The notes under the pieces were generated by a model that saw only the letters and a list, made by a program, of their open reading frames with translations, was not told the origin of the DNA and did not search any database. The position numbers and the translations under genes were made by a program. A stretch of 64,000 nucleotides of DNA from an uncultured Alphaproteobacteria bacterium. GTDB lineage: Bacteria; Pseudomonadota; Alphaproteobacteria; HIMB59; GCA-002718135. This document shows, one piece after another, positions 50,090 to 60,988 of this stretch. The stretch is from positions 560,240 through 624,239 of the forward strand of contig CACIED010000001.1 in NCBI GenBank assembly GCA_902585605.1, given 5' to 3'. Every line of letters starts with the position of its first letter. Within the stretch, counting starts at the first letter, position 1.

Positions 50090-50622
50090 ATCAAAATAAA
50101 ATATCTCTAGCAAAAAAAACTTTACAACATTTAGAGAAAAAAAAATTAAGAGACATAAATCTTAAAAATTTTTTATCTAATAGTAAAGTACCAAATATGA
50201 ATAATAAAATTGATTTAATCATAAATATTAATGAATTCTTTGATTTTCAATTAAAGAAAAATCTTGTTAATATAGAAAAGTCATCACAAAGAGATATGTT
50301 ATTTGAAATTATGATGGCACGTTACGATATATTGAATGAATATAGAGCTTCTGTAAAAAATATAATTAATCATATTATATCTAGACCACAAGGAGTATTA
50401 AAACTTATTCCTAAATTAATTGAGAGCAAAATTCTAATTGCTACTTTTGCAAATGTTAATCCTAGCGGTATTCAGGGTGTGATAAAAATTAAAATTATTT
50501 TTGTGCTTTATTATATAACCCTATTTACTTGGTTTAATGATGAAAATGAAAGTTTAGAAAAAACAATGAGTGTTTTAGATAAATATTTAAACAATATTGA
50601 AAAATTTATAAAATTTTCATGA
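50086..50622 (+). CDS. Conserved alphaproteobacterial hypothetical protein (TetR-C-like)
   Basis: RDMLFEIMMARYDIL segment and W..D...SLEKTM..LD, in the proC-csaA context; the family assignment is inference. Confidence 0.5.
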   Translation: MNQNKISLAKKTLQHLEKKKLRDINLKNFLSNSKVPNMNNKIDLIININEFFDFQLKKNLVNIEKSSQRDMLFEIMMARYDILNEYRASVKNIINHIISRPQGVLKLIPKLIESKILIATFANVNPSGIQGVIKIKIIFVLYYITLFTWFNDENESLEKTMSVLDKYLNNIEKFIKFS

Positions 50623-50966
50623 GCTCTCACAATTTTATAGATTACAAAGAATTTGAAAATGTAGATATAAGAATTGGAACAGTAATTGAAGCTTATGAAT
50701 ATAATGAACTTAAAAAACCATCTATAATTTTGAAAATAGATTTTGGTGAAAAAATTGGCATAAAAAAAACTTCTGCACAGTTACAAAAATATTATAAAAG
50801 TGATGAATTAATAAATAAGCAAGTTATTGCTGTTGTAAATTTTGAACCTAAACAAATTGGTAAAATTATTTCAGAAGTATTAGTTCTTGGTGTTCCAGAT
50901 TTAGAAAATGAACCAGTTTTATTGTCTCCAGATAAACCGGTAAATAATGGTGGTAAATTATTTTAA
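50619..50966 (+). CDS. csaA: tRNA-binding / export chaperone CsaA
   Basis: VDIRIG, IDFG, SAQL, VVNFEPKQIG and SEVLVLG. Confidence 0.88.
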   Translation: MSSHNFIDYKEFENVDIRIGTVIEAYEYNELKKPSIILKIDFGEKIGIKKTSAQLQKYYKSDELINKQVIAVVNFEPKQIGKIISEVLVLGVPDLENEPVLLSPDKPVNNGGKLF

Positions 50967-50968
50967 AA

Positions 50969-52261
50969 TCAAAGAGGAAGTAAAACTTTAAGCTTAAGAC
51001 CTCCTAGATTTGAGTCAGATAATTTAACATCACCTCCATGTGATCTAATAATATCCCTAGTAATAGTTAACCCTAAACCGCTTTCTCCTTTAAGTTTGTT
51101 CCTTGAGGGATCTAACGTAAAAAATGGTTTAAATACATCTTCATATTTATCTTTTGGAATACCTTCACCATCATCGTTGAATTCAATCACACAATCTTTT
51201 TCATTTGTATAAAGAATTATTTCAATTTTTTTTGCATATCTATGTGAATTATCAATTATGTTATTGAAAGCCCTTTTAAGTTGGATCTGTCTACCAGAAG
51301 TTTGGATAGTGTTTTTCTCTTTTACAGTTAACTCAACACCATTTTTTTCAACAGTTTTAACAATATCGCCAATTAATTCATTTATTATTATTGTTTCTAT
51401 TGGTTCAGGTGATTCTGTTTTTACAAAACTAACATAACTATCTAACATTGAAGTCATTTCATTTATATCTACTTCTAATTCAGATTTTGCCTTCTCATCT
51501 TTCATCAATGAAATTTGCAATTTCATTCTTGTCAAAGGAGTTCTAAGATCATGGCTAACACCAGCTAACATTTCTGTTCTTTGCTTTAAAAATCTTTTAA
51601 TTCTAGTCCTCATCTGATTGAAAGCATTAGCCGTTTGCCTTATTTCATATGCGCCCGAAGTCTTAATATCTGGGGCATCTAAACCTCTTCCAAATGTCTC
51701 AGCAATTATAGCCAGTCTCTTAAGGGGTCTTAATTGTCTACTCATCAAAAAATAAGACATAAAAAAAAGTATAATAGAAGCAAAAATCATCCAAAGTAGG
51801 AAGACAAATGCAGATTCGCTATATAGTCTATCTTTATCAACATTAATTTCTAAAATATCTTCTTCAATTTGAATATATATTAGAACACCTTCTTCAAGAT
51901 TGGACAAATCGTAATCAAACTTTTTTTTCAAATTTCTTAAGGATTGTTTTAATCTATTAGATAATATTCCAGAATTTAAAGTAAATTTAGAAGATAATAA
52001 TTCTTTATTATTTATAATATTGATTTTCATTTTAAAATCCTGATTTGCTATATTAACTGCATTATCAGTAAGATCACTATTAATTAATTTTACTAGAACA
52101 TTAATATCTGCAGCCACTGACTCTGTTAGTCTTTTAGAAATAATACTCCAAGATGTTTGATAGAAAACGAAAGAAGTAAGCAGGACTATAATAATTATAG
52201 GTACAAAAATGATAATTATTGATCTACCAATTAGAGTAGTAGGTATTATTTTTTTAATCAT
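50969..52261 (-). CDS. EnvZ-like sensor histidine kinase
   Basis: Two TM segments, HAMP, VSHDLRTPLTR H-box, NIIDN, DDGEGI and GLGL. Confidence 0.92.
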   Translation of the reverse strand: MIKKIIPTTLIGRSIIIIFVPIIIIVLLTSFVFYQTSWSIISKRLTESVAADINVLVKLINSDLTDNAVNIANQDFKMKINIINNKELLSSKFTLNSGILSNRLKQSLRNLKKKFDYDLSNLEEGVLIYIQIEEDILEINVDKDRLYSESAFVFLLWMIFASIILFFMSYFLMSRQLRPLKRLAIIAETFGRGLDAPDIKTSGAYEIRQTANAFNQMRTRIKRFLKQRTEMLAGVSHDLRTPLTRMKLQISLMKDEKAKSELEVDINEMTSMLDSYVSFVKTESPEPIETIIINELIGDIVKTVEKNGVELTVKEKNTIQTSGRQIQLKRAFNNIIDNSHRYAKKIEIILYTNEKDCVIEFNDDGEGIPKDKYEDVFKPFFTLDPSRNKLKGESGLGLTITRDIIRSHGGDVKLSDSNLGGLKLKVLLPL

Positions 52262-52941
52262 TAAATTTCATTACAAATCAATTTATAACCTTTACCTCTA
52301 ATAGTTTTTATAAATTGAGGTTGTTTTGCATTTGTTTCAATTTTTTGTCTTAAACGGGTAACTTGTACATCAACTTTTCTAAGTTCAGTTTCATCAAATT
52401 CCTGGTCTGCTAGTTCTTCTCTTAAAACAATATCATTTCTTTTATTTATCAATTTTAAAAGTAAATTATTTTCTCCTTCTGTTAAATAAATTAATCTATC
52501 ATTTTTATGTAATTTAAAATTAGATGTATCAAAAGTAAATTCTCCAAACGAAATTTTAATTTTTGTATTTTTAAAGTTTTCAAATAAATCTAATAAATTT
52601 TTAATCCTTAAAAATAATTCCTCTGGCTCAAATGGTTTAGATAAATAATCATCAGCGCCAATTTTTAATCCGTCAATTTTATCTTTGTCCTCGCCCATTG
52701 CGGTAAGCATAATTATGGGCGTATTAGAAAATTGTTTTATATGCTCAACAAGTTCTATACCATCACCGCTCGGCATCATTCTATCAAGAATGATTAAATC
52801 AAATAAAACAAGAGATAAAATTTCTTTCGCTTCATCGTAATCCTCACTTTGATAAACTTTTAAATTTTTTTCTTTCAAATAATCTTTTAGCAGTTCCCGC
52901 AATCTTTTATCATCATCAACAATCAAGATATTTTTATTCAT
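52261..52941 (-). CDS. OmpR-family response regulator (PetR-like)
   Basis: LIVDDD, LDRMMP, GADDYLSKPF and a winged-helix domain (VDVQVTRLR, TIRGKGY). Confidence 0.92.
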   Translation of the reverse strand: MNKNILIVDDDKRLRELLKDYLKEKNLKVYQSEDYDEAKEILSLVLFDLIILDRMMPSGDGIELVEHIKQFSNTPIIMLTAMGEDKDKIDGLKIGADDYLSKPFEPEELFLRIKNLLDLFENFKNTKIKISFGEFTFDTSNFKLHKNDRLIYLTEGENNLLLKLINKRNDIVLREELADQEFDETELRKVDVQVTRLRQKIETNAKQPQFIKTIRGKGYKLICNEI

Positions 52942-52943
52942 TT

Positions 52944-53405
52944 CTATCTATTTATTTCATCAACCATCTCATACATTATTTTTTTAAAACCATTTATGTC
53001 CATCTCATTAAATTTTAATAAAACATTACGTATTCTTTTTATTTGAATTTCAGATAATCTTTTCTCTAATTCTTGTCCTTTTTTTGAAAGTATTAATTTT
53101 TTAGTTCGCTTATCCTCACCAACAGATAATATAATATATTTCTCATTTACGAGTTGGTTCAATACTCTAGACAAACTTTGTTTAGTTATTTTCAATATTG
53201 AAAGGAGTTCCTTAATTGTAAGGTTTTTTTGCTTTCCAACAAAATATATCACTCGGTGATGCGCTCTGCCAAAATTTATTTTTTCCAAAACTTTATCAGG
53301 ACCTTCTGTAAAATCTCTATATGAGAAAAATAATAGCTCTATAATTTTTCTTATTTCTCCCTCATTTAAAAAAAGAGGTGTTAACAACTTATTTAGGTCA
53401 GCCAT
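52944..53405 (-). CDS. MarR-family regulator (PetP-like)
   Basis: LFFSYRDFT, GRAHHRV, ITKQSLSRVL and DKRTK.L. Confidence 0.88.
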   Translation of the reverse strand: MADLNKLLTPLFLNEGEIRKIIELLFFSYRDFTEGPDKVLEKINFGRAHHRVIYFVGKQKNLTIKELLSILKITKQSLSRVLNQLVNEKYIILSVGEDKRTKKLILSKKGQELEKRLSEIQIKRIRNVLLKFNEMDINGFKKIMYEMVDEINR

Positions 53406-53464
53406 ATTGACTTAATTATGCATCACTGATACTCAATTGTCATTAAAAATAATTAAGAAAAAAT

Positions 53465-54349
53465 ATGCTTAAATCATTTGAAAATAGAGATGGATGGATT
53501 TGGATGAATGGTAAAATTATTCCATGGCAGGATGCAAATTCCCATATAATCTCTCAAGGCCTTCACTATGCAAGCGCAGTATTTGAAGGGGAAAGAGCAT
53601 ACAATGGAAAGATTTTTAAATCAGAGGAACATACTAAAAGGTTTTTTAAATCTGCGGAAATAATTGGAATGGAGATTCCTTTCACGCATGATCAAATTAA
53701 TAAAGCAAAATACGCACTTATTAATAAAATGAATTATAAAAATTGCTATGTAAGACCACTTGCTTGGAGAGGTGGTGATCAAATGGGTTTATCAACAGGT
53801 AAATCGAATATCAATGTAGCCATTGCTGTTTGGGATGATTGGGCAACTTATTTTAAAATTGAAGATCAAAAAGCAGGTTTAAGATTAATTACATCTCCGT
53901 GGAAAAGACCTGCGCCAGATACCGCTCCATATGAAGCAAAAGCTTCTGGACCCTACATTATTTGTACTCTGTCAAAAGAATTTGCAGAAAAAAAAGGATA
54001 TCACGATGCCTTAATGTTAGATTATAGAGGTTATGTTGCTGAGGGAACAGGAGCAAACATTTTTTTTATTAAAGATAACAATATCCATACTCCTATTCCA
54101 GATTGTTTTCTTAATGGGATTACACGTCAAACAGTTATTGAAATGGCAACTAATCAAGGTTTTGAAATAACAGAAAAACATTTAATGCCTGACGAAATTG
54201 GAAATTATGATGAAGCTTTTTTAACTGGAACTGCTGCAGAAATTACTCCTATTAAATCCATTGACGATTTTAAATATAATACCGGCGATAATACTACTAC
54301 TTTTAAATTTATGAATGATTTTAGCGATATGGTTAAAAACTCTAGCTAG
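53465..54349 (+). CDS. ilvE: Branched-chain amino acid aminotransferase
   Basis: LHYASAVFEG, AKASGPY, EGTGANIF, LNGITR and GTAAEI. Confidence 0.93.
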   Translation: MLKSFENRDGWIWMNGKIIPWQDANSHIISQGLHYASAVFEGERAYNGKIFKSEEHTKRFFKSAEIIGMEIPFTHDQINKAKYALINKMNYKNCYVRPLAWRGGDQMGLSTGKSNINVAIAVWDDWATYFKIEDQKAGLRLITSPWKRPAPDTAPYEAKASGPYIICTLSKEFAEKKGYHDALMLDYRGYVAEGTGANIFFIKDNNIHTPIPDCFLNGITRQTVIEMATNQGFEITEKHLMPDEIGNYDEAFLTGTAAEITPIKSIDDFKYNTGDNTTTFKFMNDFSDMVKNSS

Positions 54350-54758
54350 AATTTTCTAACCATTCATTATCTTTATAATAAAATTCATTTTTCCAGAATG
54401 GAGCATCTTTTTTTAAATAATTCATAATAAACTCACAAGCTTCAAAACTATTCTTTCTATGGTGTGAAAAACAGCATACTAAAACAATTTTTTCATTAAC
54501 AATTAATTTTCCATATCTATGAATTATCAAAGTATCAATTAAACTCCATTTTTTAGTCGCGTTATTTTCAATTTTTGATAATTCTTTAAATGCCATTTCT
54601 TGATAAACTTCTAAATTTAAATATTTTACATCTTTATTGTTATTTAAATCTCTTACATACCCAACAAAAGAAGTTAGCGCTCCTATGTCTGAATGTTTAT
54701 TTTTAATTTTCTCTATTTCTTCTTCTAAATTAAAATTTTTTTTTTGTATTTTTATCAT
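54342..54758 (-). CDS. moaE: Molybdopterin synthase catalytic subunit
   Basis: FVGYVR, HRYG, SHHRK and LKKDAPFWK. Confidence 0.9.
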   Translation of the reverse strand: MIKIQKKNFNLEEEIEKIKNKHSDIGALTSFVGYVRDLNNNKDVKYLNLEVYQEMAFKELSKIENNATKKWSLIDTLIIHRYGKLIVNEKIVLVCCFSHHRKNSFEACEFIMNYLKKDAPFWKNEFYYKDNEWLENSS

Positions 54759-55003
54759 TATCCACCACTAACTGGCGGAAAGATTGCAATTTCATCAATT
54801 GGTTTTAAATTCAAATTTTCTGAAACATATTCTTGATTAACTGCAAATCTTAAAACATCTTGTAAAAAATGTTTTTTTAGCTCAGGATATAAATTTTCTA
54901 AATATTTTTTTAATTCTTGTATGGATTTAGGATGATTTATATCAATTATTTCGTCTTCTTTTTTTGTTATATCCTTAATCCAGGCAAAATATCGAATTCT
55001 CAT
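54758..55003 (-). CDS. moaD: Molybdopterin synthase sulfur carrier subunit
   Basis: Start MRIRYFAW at 55003; AVNQE; C-terminal FPPVSGG. Confidence 0.92.
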   Translation of the reverse strand: MRIRYFAWIKDITKKEDEIIDINHPKSIQELKKYLENLYPELKKHFLQDVLRFAVNQEYVSENLNLKPIDEIAIFPPVSGG

Positions 55004-55004
55004 T

Positions 55005-55547
55005 TTAAAAATGTTTAATTGATCCTTTAATATAATCATAGGCTGTGTATAGAGTTAGAATTCCGGCAATCCATAGAAAAGTCTTACCTAAATAAATAAT
55101 AAATAACAAATTTAGATTGCTCTCTGATAATATAAGTAATCCAAGTGAAGCTAGTTGAAGGAAGGTTTTTGCTTTTGCAATTCTAGAAACAGGTATACTA
55201 ATTTTTATTCCCGCTAGGTATTCCCTTAAACCTGATACTGTTATTTCTCTTAATAATATTATTAAGGCTGGAATAGTATCCCAGTCTTTTATTACACCCT
55301 TTGAAGTTAAAATAAGAATAACTGCTGCTACTAATAATTTATCTGCAATTGGATCTAAAAATGTACCAAAGTTTGTAACTTCATTTCTTAGTCTTGCTAA
55401 ATAACCATCAAAGTAATCTGTTATTCCAGCTAAACAAAATAAAATAAAGGCAATCCAGCCAAAGTATGGATTCGTAAGATATATACAAAGCACTATAATT
55501 GGGATTATAACTATTCTAATTATTGTCAGAATATTTGATATATTCAT
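55005..55547 (-). CDS. pgsA: CDP-diacylglycerol--glycerol-3-phosphate 3-phosphatidyltransferase
   Basis: TDYFDGYLAR...FGTFLDPIADK and REITVSGLRE. Confidence 0.95.
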   Translation of the reverse strand: MNISNILTIIRIVIIPIIVLCIYLTNPYFGWIAFILFCLAGITDYFDGYLARLRNEVTNFGTFLDPIADKLLVAAVILILTSKGVIKDWDTIPALIILLREITVSGLREYLAGIKISIPVSRIAKAKTFLQLASLGLLILSESNLNLLFIIYLGKTFLWIAGILTLYTAYDYIKGSIKHF

Positions 55548-55574
55548 TTCTATTCTTTGTAGATGAAGAATTTT

Positions 55575-57407
55575 TTAAACGCTATGAAAATATTCATAAA
55601 TTTTTCTTAGAATTGACTCAGGTATAGCCTTTATCTCTTTTAATTCATTTAAACTAGCTAATTTTAATTTCTCCACTGTGCCAAAGTGTTTTTTTAAAAT
55701 TTTCTTTCTTTCAGGACCTACTCCTTCTATTTCATCAAACACAGATCTGACACTCATCTTCGTTCTTTTTGATCGATGTGTTGTTATTGCGAATCTGTGC
55801 ACTTCATCTCTAATATTTTGTAAAAAGTGCAGAAGTGGATTATTTTCATTTAATCTATGTGTAAATTTATCATGTATCAGAATTTCTCTACCTGCATCTC
55901 TTTCTTCACCTTTTGCCATAGAGATAATAGGTATATCTATTTTTAAGTTATCTAATATTTTTTTTGCTGAATTATATTGTCCTTTGCCTCCATCAATAAG
56001 CAATAAACTTGGCAAACCTAATTCGTCTTGAAATTTTGAATTACTAAATCTTCTAGTTAACATTTCTTTCATCATATAATAATCATCAACTTTATTTTTG
56101 TTTTCTTCAAGATCAAATCGAATATTAAATTTTCTATAATTTGATTTTATAAATCCATTCTGATTATACGCAACCATCACACCTATAGGATGTTTTCCAA
56201 ATGTATGACTATTATCGTAAGCTTCTATTTTTATAATTTCATCTTTGAGTTTAAATATTTTTTTAATTTCTGCATTAAAGTTATCAAAAGATTTAAGTTT
56301 ATTTAATTTGATGTCTAAATTTATTTTAGAATTTCTTTCTGCAAATTTAAGTAAATTTTTTTTAGGTCCTTTTAAAGGTTTAATGAATCTTGTTTTATCA
56401 AAATTTTCTCCTAAAATTTGTGAATTATTATTTTTATCAATAACTATGTTAGTAATAATTGTTTCAGGGATATCTTTTTCTGCATAAAATATATTTAAGA
56501 AACCTAATATTATTTCCTCATGATCCAATAAGTTGTCATGATCTGGATAGAAAGCTTTACCGCCATAAGAAGTATTATTTCTAAAAAAACTTCCATAAAT
56601 ACATGTTTTGCCTTCACTTGATGTTATTGCAAAAATGTCAGCATTTTTAATATCCTTAATCTTAATTGAATTATTTTGCTCAATATGTTTTAAAGCTTTA
56701 AGTCTATCTCTTAAAGATGCTGCTAATTCAAAATTATTTTTTTTTGATGCCTTATACATTTGATCTGTAAAATTTTTTTGTATTTTTTGAGAATTGCCAC
56801 TACTTAGGAAATCATCAGCTGCCTCTATTAATTTTGAATAGGCTTCTTTTGTTATCTTTCCTCCACAAGGACCAGAACATCTTTTAAGATAATAATTGAA
56901 GCACAATTTATTTCCTGCTTTTACTTCTTTATCTGTGCATGACCTTAAAAGAAATATTCGTTGTATTGTATTTATAGTTCTGTTTACAGCATCTGGACTT
57001 GCAAATGGTCCATAATATCTACCCTTTTTCTTTTGTGGACCACGATGTTTTTCAATTCTAGGAAAATCATGTTCTGCTGAAATAAATATATAAGGGAATG
57101 ATTTATCGTCTCTTAATAGAACATTAAATCGTGGTTTATGTTTTTTAATTAAATTACATTCAAGTATGATTGCTTCTAATTCTGTATTTGTTACAAAGAA
57201 GTTCATTGATTTAGTTAGACTAACCATTCTTTGAATTCTTCTGGTCAGGTTATTTAAAGATAGATAATTCTTTACTCTATTCGATAATGCTTTTGCTTTT
57301 CCAATATATAGAATGTTACCCTTTTCATCTTGCATTTGGTATACACCAGGTTGGTTAGGCAAAGTTTTAGATGTAGCCTTAATAATCTCTTGTCCAAGAA
57401 GCGTCAT
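55575..57407 (-). CDS. uvrC: Excinuclease ABC subunit C
   Basis: PGVY, YIGKAK, DDKSFPY, YDNSH, LIDGGKGQ, RDEVHRFA and HhH. Confidence 0.96.
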   Translation of the reverse strand: MTLLGQEIIKATSKTLPNQPGVYQMQDEKGNILYIGKAKALSNRVKNYLSLNNLTRRIQRMVSLTKSMNFFVTNTELEAIILECNLIKKHKPRFNVLLRDDKSFPYIFISAEHDFPRIEKHRGPQKKKGRYYGPFASPDAVNRTINTIQRIFLLRSCTDKEVKAGNKLCFNYYLKRCSGPCGGKITKEAYSKLIEAADDFLSSGNSQKIQKNFTDQMYKASKKNNFELAASLRDRLKALKHIEQNNSIKIKDIKNADIFAITSSEGKTCIYGSFFRNNTSYGGKAFYPDHDNLLDHEEIILGFLNIFYAEKDIPETIITNIVIDKNNNSQILGENFDKTRFIKPLKGPKKNLLKFAERNSKINLDIKLNKLKSFDNFNAEIKKIFKLKDEIIKIEAYDNSHTFGKHPIGVMVAYNQNGFIKSNYRKFNIRFDLEENKNKVDDYYMMKEMLTRRFSNSKFQDELGLPSLLLIDGGKGQYNSAKKILDNLKIDIPIISMAKGEERDAGREILIHDKFTHRLNENNPLLHFLQNIRDEVHRFAITTHRSKRTKMSVRSVFDEIEGVGPERKKILKKHFGTVEKLKLASLNELKEIKAIPESILRKIYEYFHSV

Positions 57408-57539
57408 TTTATCAATCGTAAATAATTATTTTTTCATTAAATAGGAATTTTATAAAATTAATAAATAACTAACAAGATTATTGTAGTTCATTTAATAATT
57501 AATTTAATGTAGAGAAGTATAATATATTAAGGATTTATT

Positions 57540-59309
57540 ATGGCTAAAATGACAACTGAAGAGGCTTTCGTAAAAGTTTTACAAAAACACGGTATTCAAC
57601 ACGCTTTTGGAATAATTGGATCTGCATTTATGCCAATATCAGATCTTTTTCCTAAAGCTGGAATAACTTTCTGGGATGTTGCTCATGAGTCAAATGGTGG
57701 AATTATGGCTGATGGCTATACAAGATCAACTGGTAAAATCGCAATGTGTATTGCGCAAAATGGACCTGGCATAACTGGCTTGGTTACACCTATAAAAACT
57801 GCTTTTTGGAATCACACTCCAATGCTTTTAGTCACTCCTCAGGCAGCTAATAAAACCATTGGTCAAGGAGGATTCCAAGAAGTCGAGCAAATGAACTTAT
57901 TTAAAGATATGGTGTGTTATCAAGAAGAAGTAAGAGATCCCTCCAGAGTTGCAGAAGTTTTAAATAGAGTTATTTCAAAAGCTATTAAAGGATCTGCTCC
58001 TGCTCAATTAAATATACCAAGAGATTTTTGGACTCAAGTTGTCGATATTGATCTGCCACCTATAATTAAATTTGAAAGACCTTCTGGTGGAATTGAAGCA
58101 ATTAAGGAAGCCGCAAATCTTTTATCTAATGCAAAATTTCCAGTTATTTTATCTGGCGCTGGAGTGATTTTAGCTGACGCTATTGATGATTGTAAAAAAC
58201 TTGCAGAAAAATTAAGTGCTCCAGTTGCATGCGGATATCAACATAATGATAGTTTTCCAGGCAAACATCCTCTTGCTGTTGGTCCTTTAGGATACAATGG
58301 ATCTAAAGCAGCAATGGAAATAATATCAAAGGCAGATGTAGTTCTTGCACTTGGTACAAGGTTAAATCCTTTCTCAACTTTACCAGGTTATGGAATAGAT
58401 TATTGGCCAAAAAATGCAGATGTCATTCAAGTTGATATCAATTCTGATCGTATTGGTTTAACCAAAAAAATTAGTGTTGGTATTTGTGGAGATGCAAAAC
58501 TGGTAGCAGAACAAATTTTAGAAAATCTTGAAACAAATGCAGGTGATCAAGATCGAAAAGAACGAGAAGAGTTAATTCATAAGACAAAGTCAGCTTGGCT
58601 ACAAACATTAACTGGCCTAGACCATGAAGAAGATGATCCTGGTACATCTTGGAACAAGGACTCACGAGATAGAGAACCTGAGAAAATGTCACCAAGAATG
58701 GCATGGAGAGCTATCCAAGCAGGACTTCCCGAAGACGCAATTATATCAAGTGATATAGGAAATAATTGTGCTATCGGTAACGCCTACCCAACATTTGAGA
58801 ACGGCAGAAAGTATTTAGCACCTGGTTTATTTGGACCATGCGGTTATGGTTTTCCATCAGTAATTGGAGCAAAAATTGGTTGTCCTAATACACCAGTTGT
58901 TGGCTTTGCGGGTGATGGCGCATTTGGAATTAGTATGAGTGAAATGACTTCTTGTAATAGAGATGGATGGCCAAATATTACAATGATAATTTTTAGAAAT
59001 TATCAATGGGGAGCAGAAAAAAGAAACACTACACTTTGGTATAATAATAATTTTGTTGGAACTGAACTTGATCCTAAATTAAGCTATGCAAAGATCGCAG
59101 AAGCATGTGGATTTAAAGGTGTTAAGGTTCATACTCAAGAAGAGCTTACTGAAGCTTTACAACAATCTTGCAAAGATCAAATGGAAGGTTTAACTACTTT
59201 TATAGAAGTAATGTTAAATCAAGAACTAGGAGAACCTTTTAGACGAGATGCTATGAAGGCGCCAGTTGAAGTTGCTGGAATTGATCCAAAAGATACAGTA
59301 GTTCAATAA
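57540..59309 (+). CDS. xsc: Sulfoacetaldehyde acetyltransferase (ThDP-dependent)
   Basis: MTTEEAFVKVLQ.HGI.HAFGIIGSA N-terminus, QNGPG, DIGNNC, GDGAFG...NYQWGAEKRN and EPFRRDAM, all characteristic of Xsc. Confidence 0.92.
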   Translation: MAKMTTEEAFVKVLQKHGIQHAFGIIGSAFMPISDLFPKAGITFWDVAHESNGGIMADGYTRSTGKIAMCIAQNGPGITGLVTPIKTAFWNHTPMLLVTPQAANKTIGQGGFQEVEQMNLFKDMVCYQEEVRDPSRVAEVLNRVISKAIKGSAPAQLNIPRDFWTQVVDIDLPPIIKFERPSGGIEAIKEAANLLSNAKFPVILSGAGVILADAIDDCKKLAEKLSAPVACGYQHNDSFPGKHPLAVGPLGYNGSKAAMEIISKADVVLALGTRLNPFSTLPGYGIDYWPKNADVIQVDINSDRIGLTKKISVGICGDAKLVAEQILENLETNAGDQDRKEREELIHKTKSAWLQTLTGLDHEEDDPGTSWNKDSRDREPEKMSPRMAWRAIQAGLPEDAIISSDIGNNCAIGNAYPTFENGRKYLAPGLFGPCGYGFPSVIGAKIGCPNTPVVGFAGDGAFGISMSEMTSCNRDGWPNITMIIFRNYQWGAEKRNTTLWYNNNFVGTELDPKLSYAKIAEACGFKGVKVHTQEELTEALQQSCKDQMEGLTTFIEVMLNQELGEPFRRDAMKAPVEVAGIDPKDTVVQ

Positions 59310-60914
59310 TTATTTCTGATCGTTAATAATTAAGTCTGATGCTTTTTCAGCAATCATCATAGTAGGGGCATTAGTATTGCCTGAAGTTATAGTTGGCATC
59401 ACAGATGCATCAACAACTCTTAAGTTTTTTATTCCTTTTACTTTAAGTTTATCATTTACAACTGAATTTTCATCATTGCCCATTTTACATGTACTTACTG
59501 GATGAAAAATAGTATTTGCAAATTTACCTGCTTCCCTAGCAAGAGATTCATTATCTTTAAATTGTGTTCCAGGTCTATATTCTTCAGGTGTATAATCTTT
59601 AAATGCCTTTGATTTTAAAACAACTCTTCTTACAATTTTAATAGACTTACCTGCAATTTCCCTATCTTCATCAGTAGATAAGTAGTTCATTTTAATTTTA
59701 GGATAAATTCTTGTATCTGAAGATTTAATTTCTATTGAGCCTCTACTTGTCGGACGAATATTTGTTATTGTAGGAGTGAATGCTGGAAATTTATGTAGGC
59801 CTGCTTTTCCTAACAAATCAGTACTAGCTGGCGAGATATGAAATTGTAGATTAGGGTTTTCTAAATACGAATCACTTTTAACAAACCCACACAAATAACT
59901 TGCTCCCACTGTTAAGGGTCCTTTTTTATAAATTAAATAATTTAAACCAGTTAAAAATTTTTTTGTAAAACTATGATATATGTCATTTAATGTTTCTAAG
60001 TTTTTAATTTTGTACACTGGTCTTAACATTAAATGATCAGTTAAATTTCTCCCAACACCATTAATTTCTTTTACAATACTAATATTATGTTCATTTAATA
60101 GTTTACCCGGACCAATACCCGAAGCTTGTAATATGTGAGGAGATCCAATTGTTCCTGCAGACAATAAAACTTCTTTATTTACAGAATATGAAAATTCTTC
60201 ATTGTGTTTCCATAAATTTACATTTTTTACTTTTAAATTTTCAAAGGTTAAATTTTTAACATGTGCCTCAGTTATAATTTTTAAATTTTTTCTATTTTTG
60301 ATAGGATTTAAGAAAGCAACTGCAGCACTACATCTATATCCTTTATCAATTGTCATAGGAAAATAACCCATTCCTTCGTTATCACCATCATTGAAGTCAT
60401 TATTTTTTTTATAACCAAACTCTTGAGACGCTTCCAAAAATAAATCTAATAATTTAAATTTTGATCTTATTTTTTCAACTTTGATTGGCCCACCACTTCC
60501 ATGAAAGTCACTTTTGGAGATTCTATAATCTTCTGATTTTTTAAAATACGGTAAAACATCTTCCCAAGACCATCCAAAATTACCTAATTGTCTCCAATAA
60601 TTATAATCATTCGCATGACCTCTTATATAAAGCATGCCATTAATCGATGAACTACCACCTAAAGTTTTCCCTCTTGGGATAAGCATTTTTCTGTTGTTGC
60701 AAAATTCCTCTTCTTCGGTTGTAAAACACCAATCAGTTTTTGAATTATGCATAGTTTTAAAATAACCCCCAGGAATATGTATCCAAGGATTAGTATCCTT
60801 GCCCCCAGCTTCAATCAAAAGTACTTTGATATTTTGATTCTCTGAAAGTCTATTTGCTAATATGCAACCTGCTGTACCTGCGCCAATAATAATATAGTCA
60901 AAACTTTCGTTCAT
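59310..60914 (-). CDS. GMC-family FAD oxidoreductase (choline dehydrogenase-like)
   Basis: IIIGAGTAG, RGKTLGGSSSINGM, DHL, FHPVSTC and SGNTNAP. Confidence 0.88.
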   Translation of the reverse strand: MNESFDYIIIGAGTAGCILANRLSENQNIKVLLIEAGGKDTNPWIHIPGGYFKTMHNSKTDWCFTTEEEEFCNNRKMLIPRGKTLGGSSSINGMLYIRGHANDYNYWRQLGNFGWSWEDVLPYFKKSEDYRISKSDFHGSGGPIKVEKIRSKFKLLDLFLEASQEFGYKKNNDFNDGDNEGMGYFPMTIDKGYRCSAAVAFLNPIKNRKNLKIITEAHVKNLTFENLKVKNVNLWKHNEEFSYSVNKEVLLSAGTIGSPHILQASGIGPGKLLNEHNISIVKEINGVGRNLTDHLMLRPVYKIKNLETLNDIYHSFTKKFLTGLNYLIYKKGPLTVGASYLCGFVKSDSYLENPNLQFHISPASTDLLGKAGLHKFPAFTPTITNIRPTSRGSIEIKSSDTRIYPKIKMNYLSTDEDREIAGKSIKIVRRVVLKSKAFKDYTPEEYRPGTQFKDNESLAREAGKFANTIFHPVSTCKMGNDENSVVNDKLKVKGIKNLRVVDASVMPTITSGNTNAPTMMIAEKASDLIINDQK

Positions 60915-60988
60915 AATTTAGAAAAATTTATTTATTATATACTATTTAATTTTAACATATAACTAACTTAAATAATTAAAAATTTTCA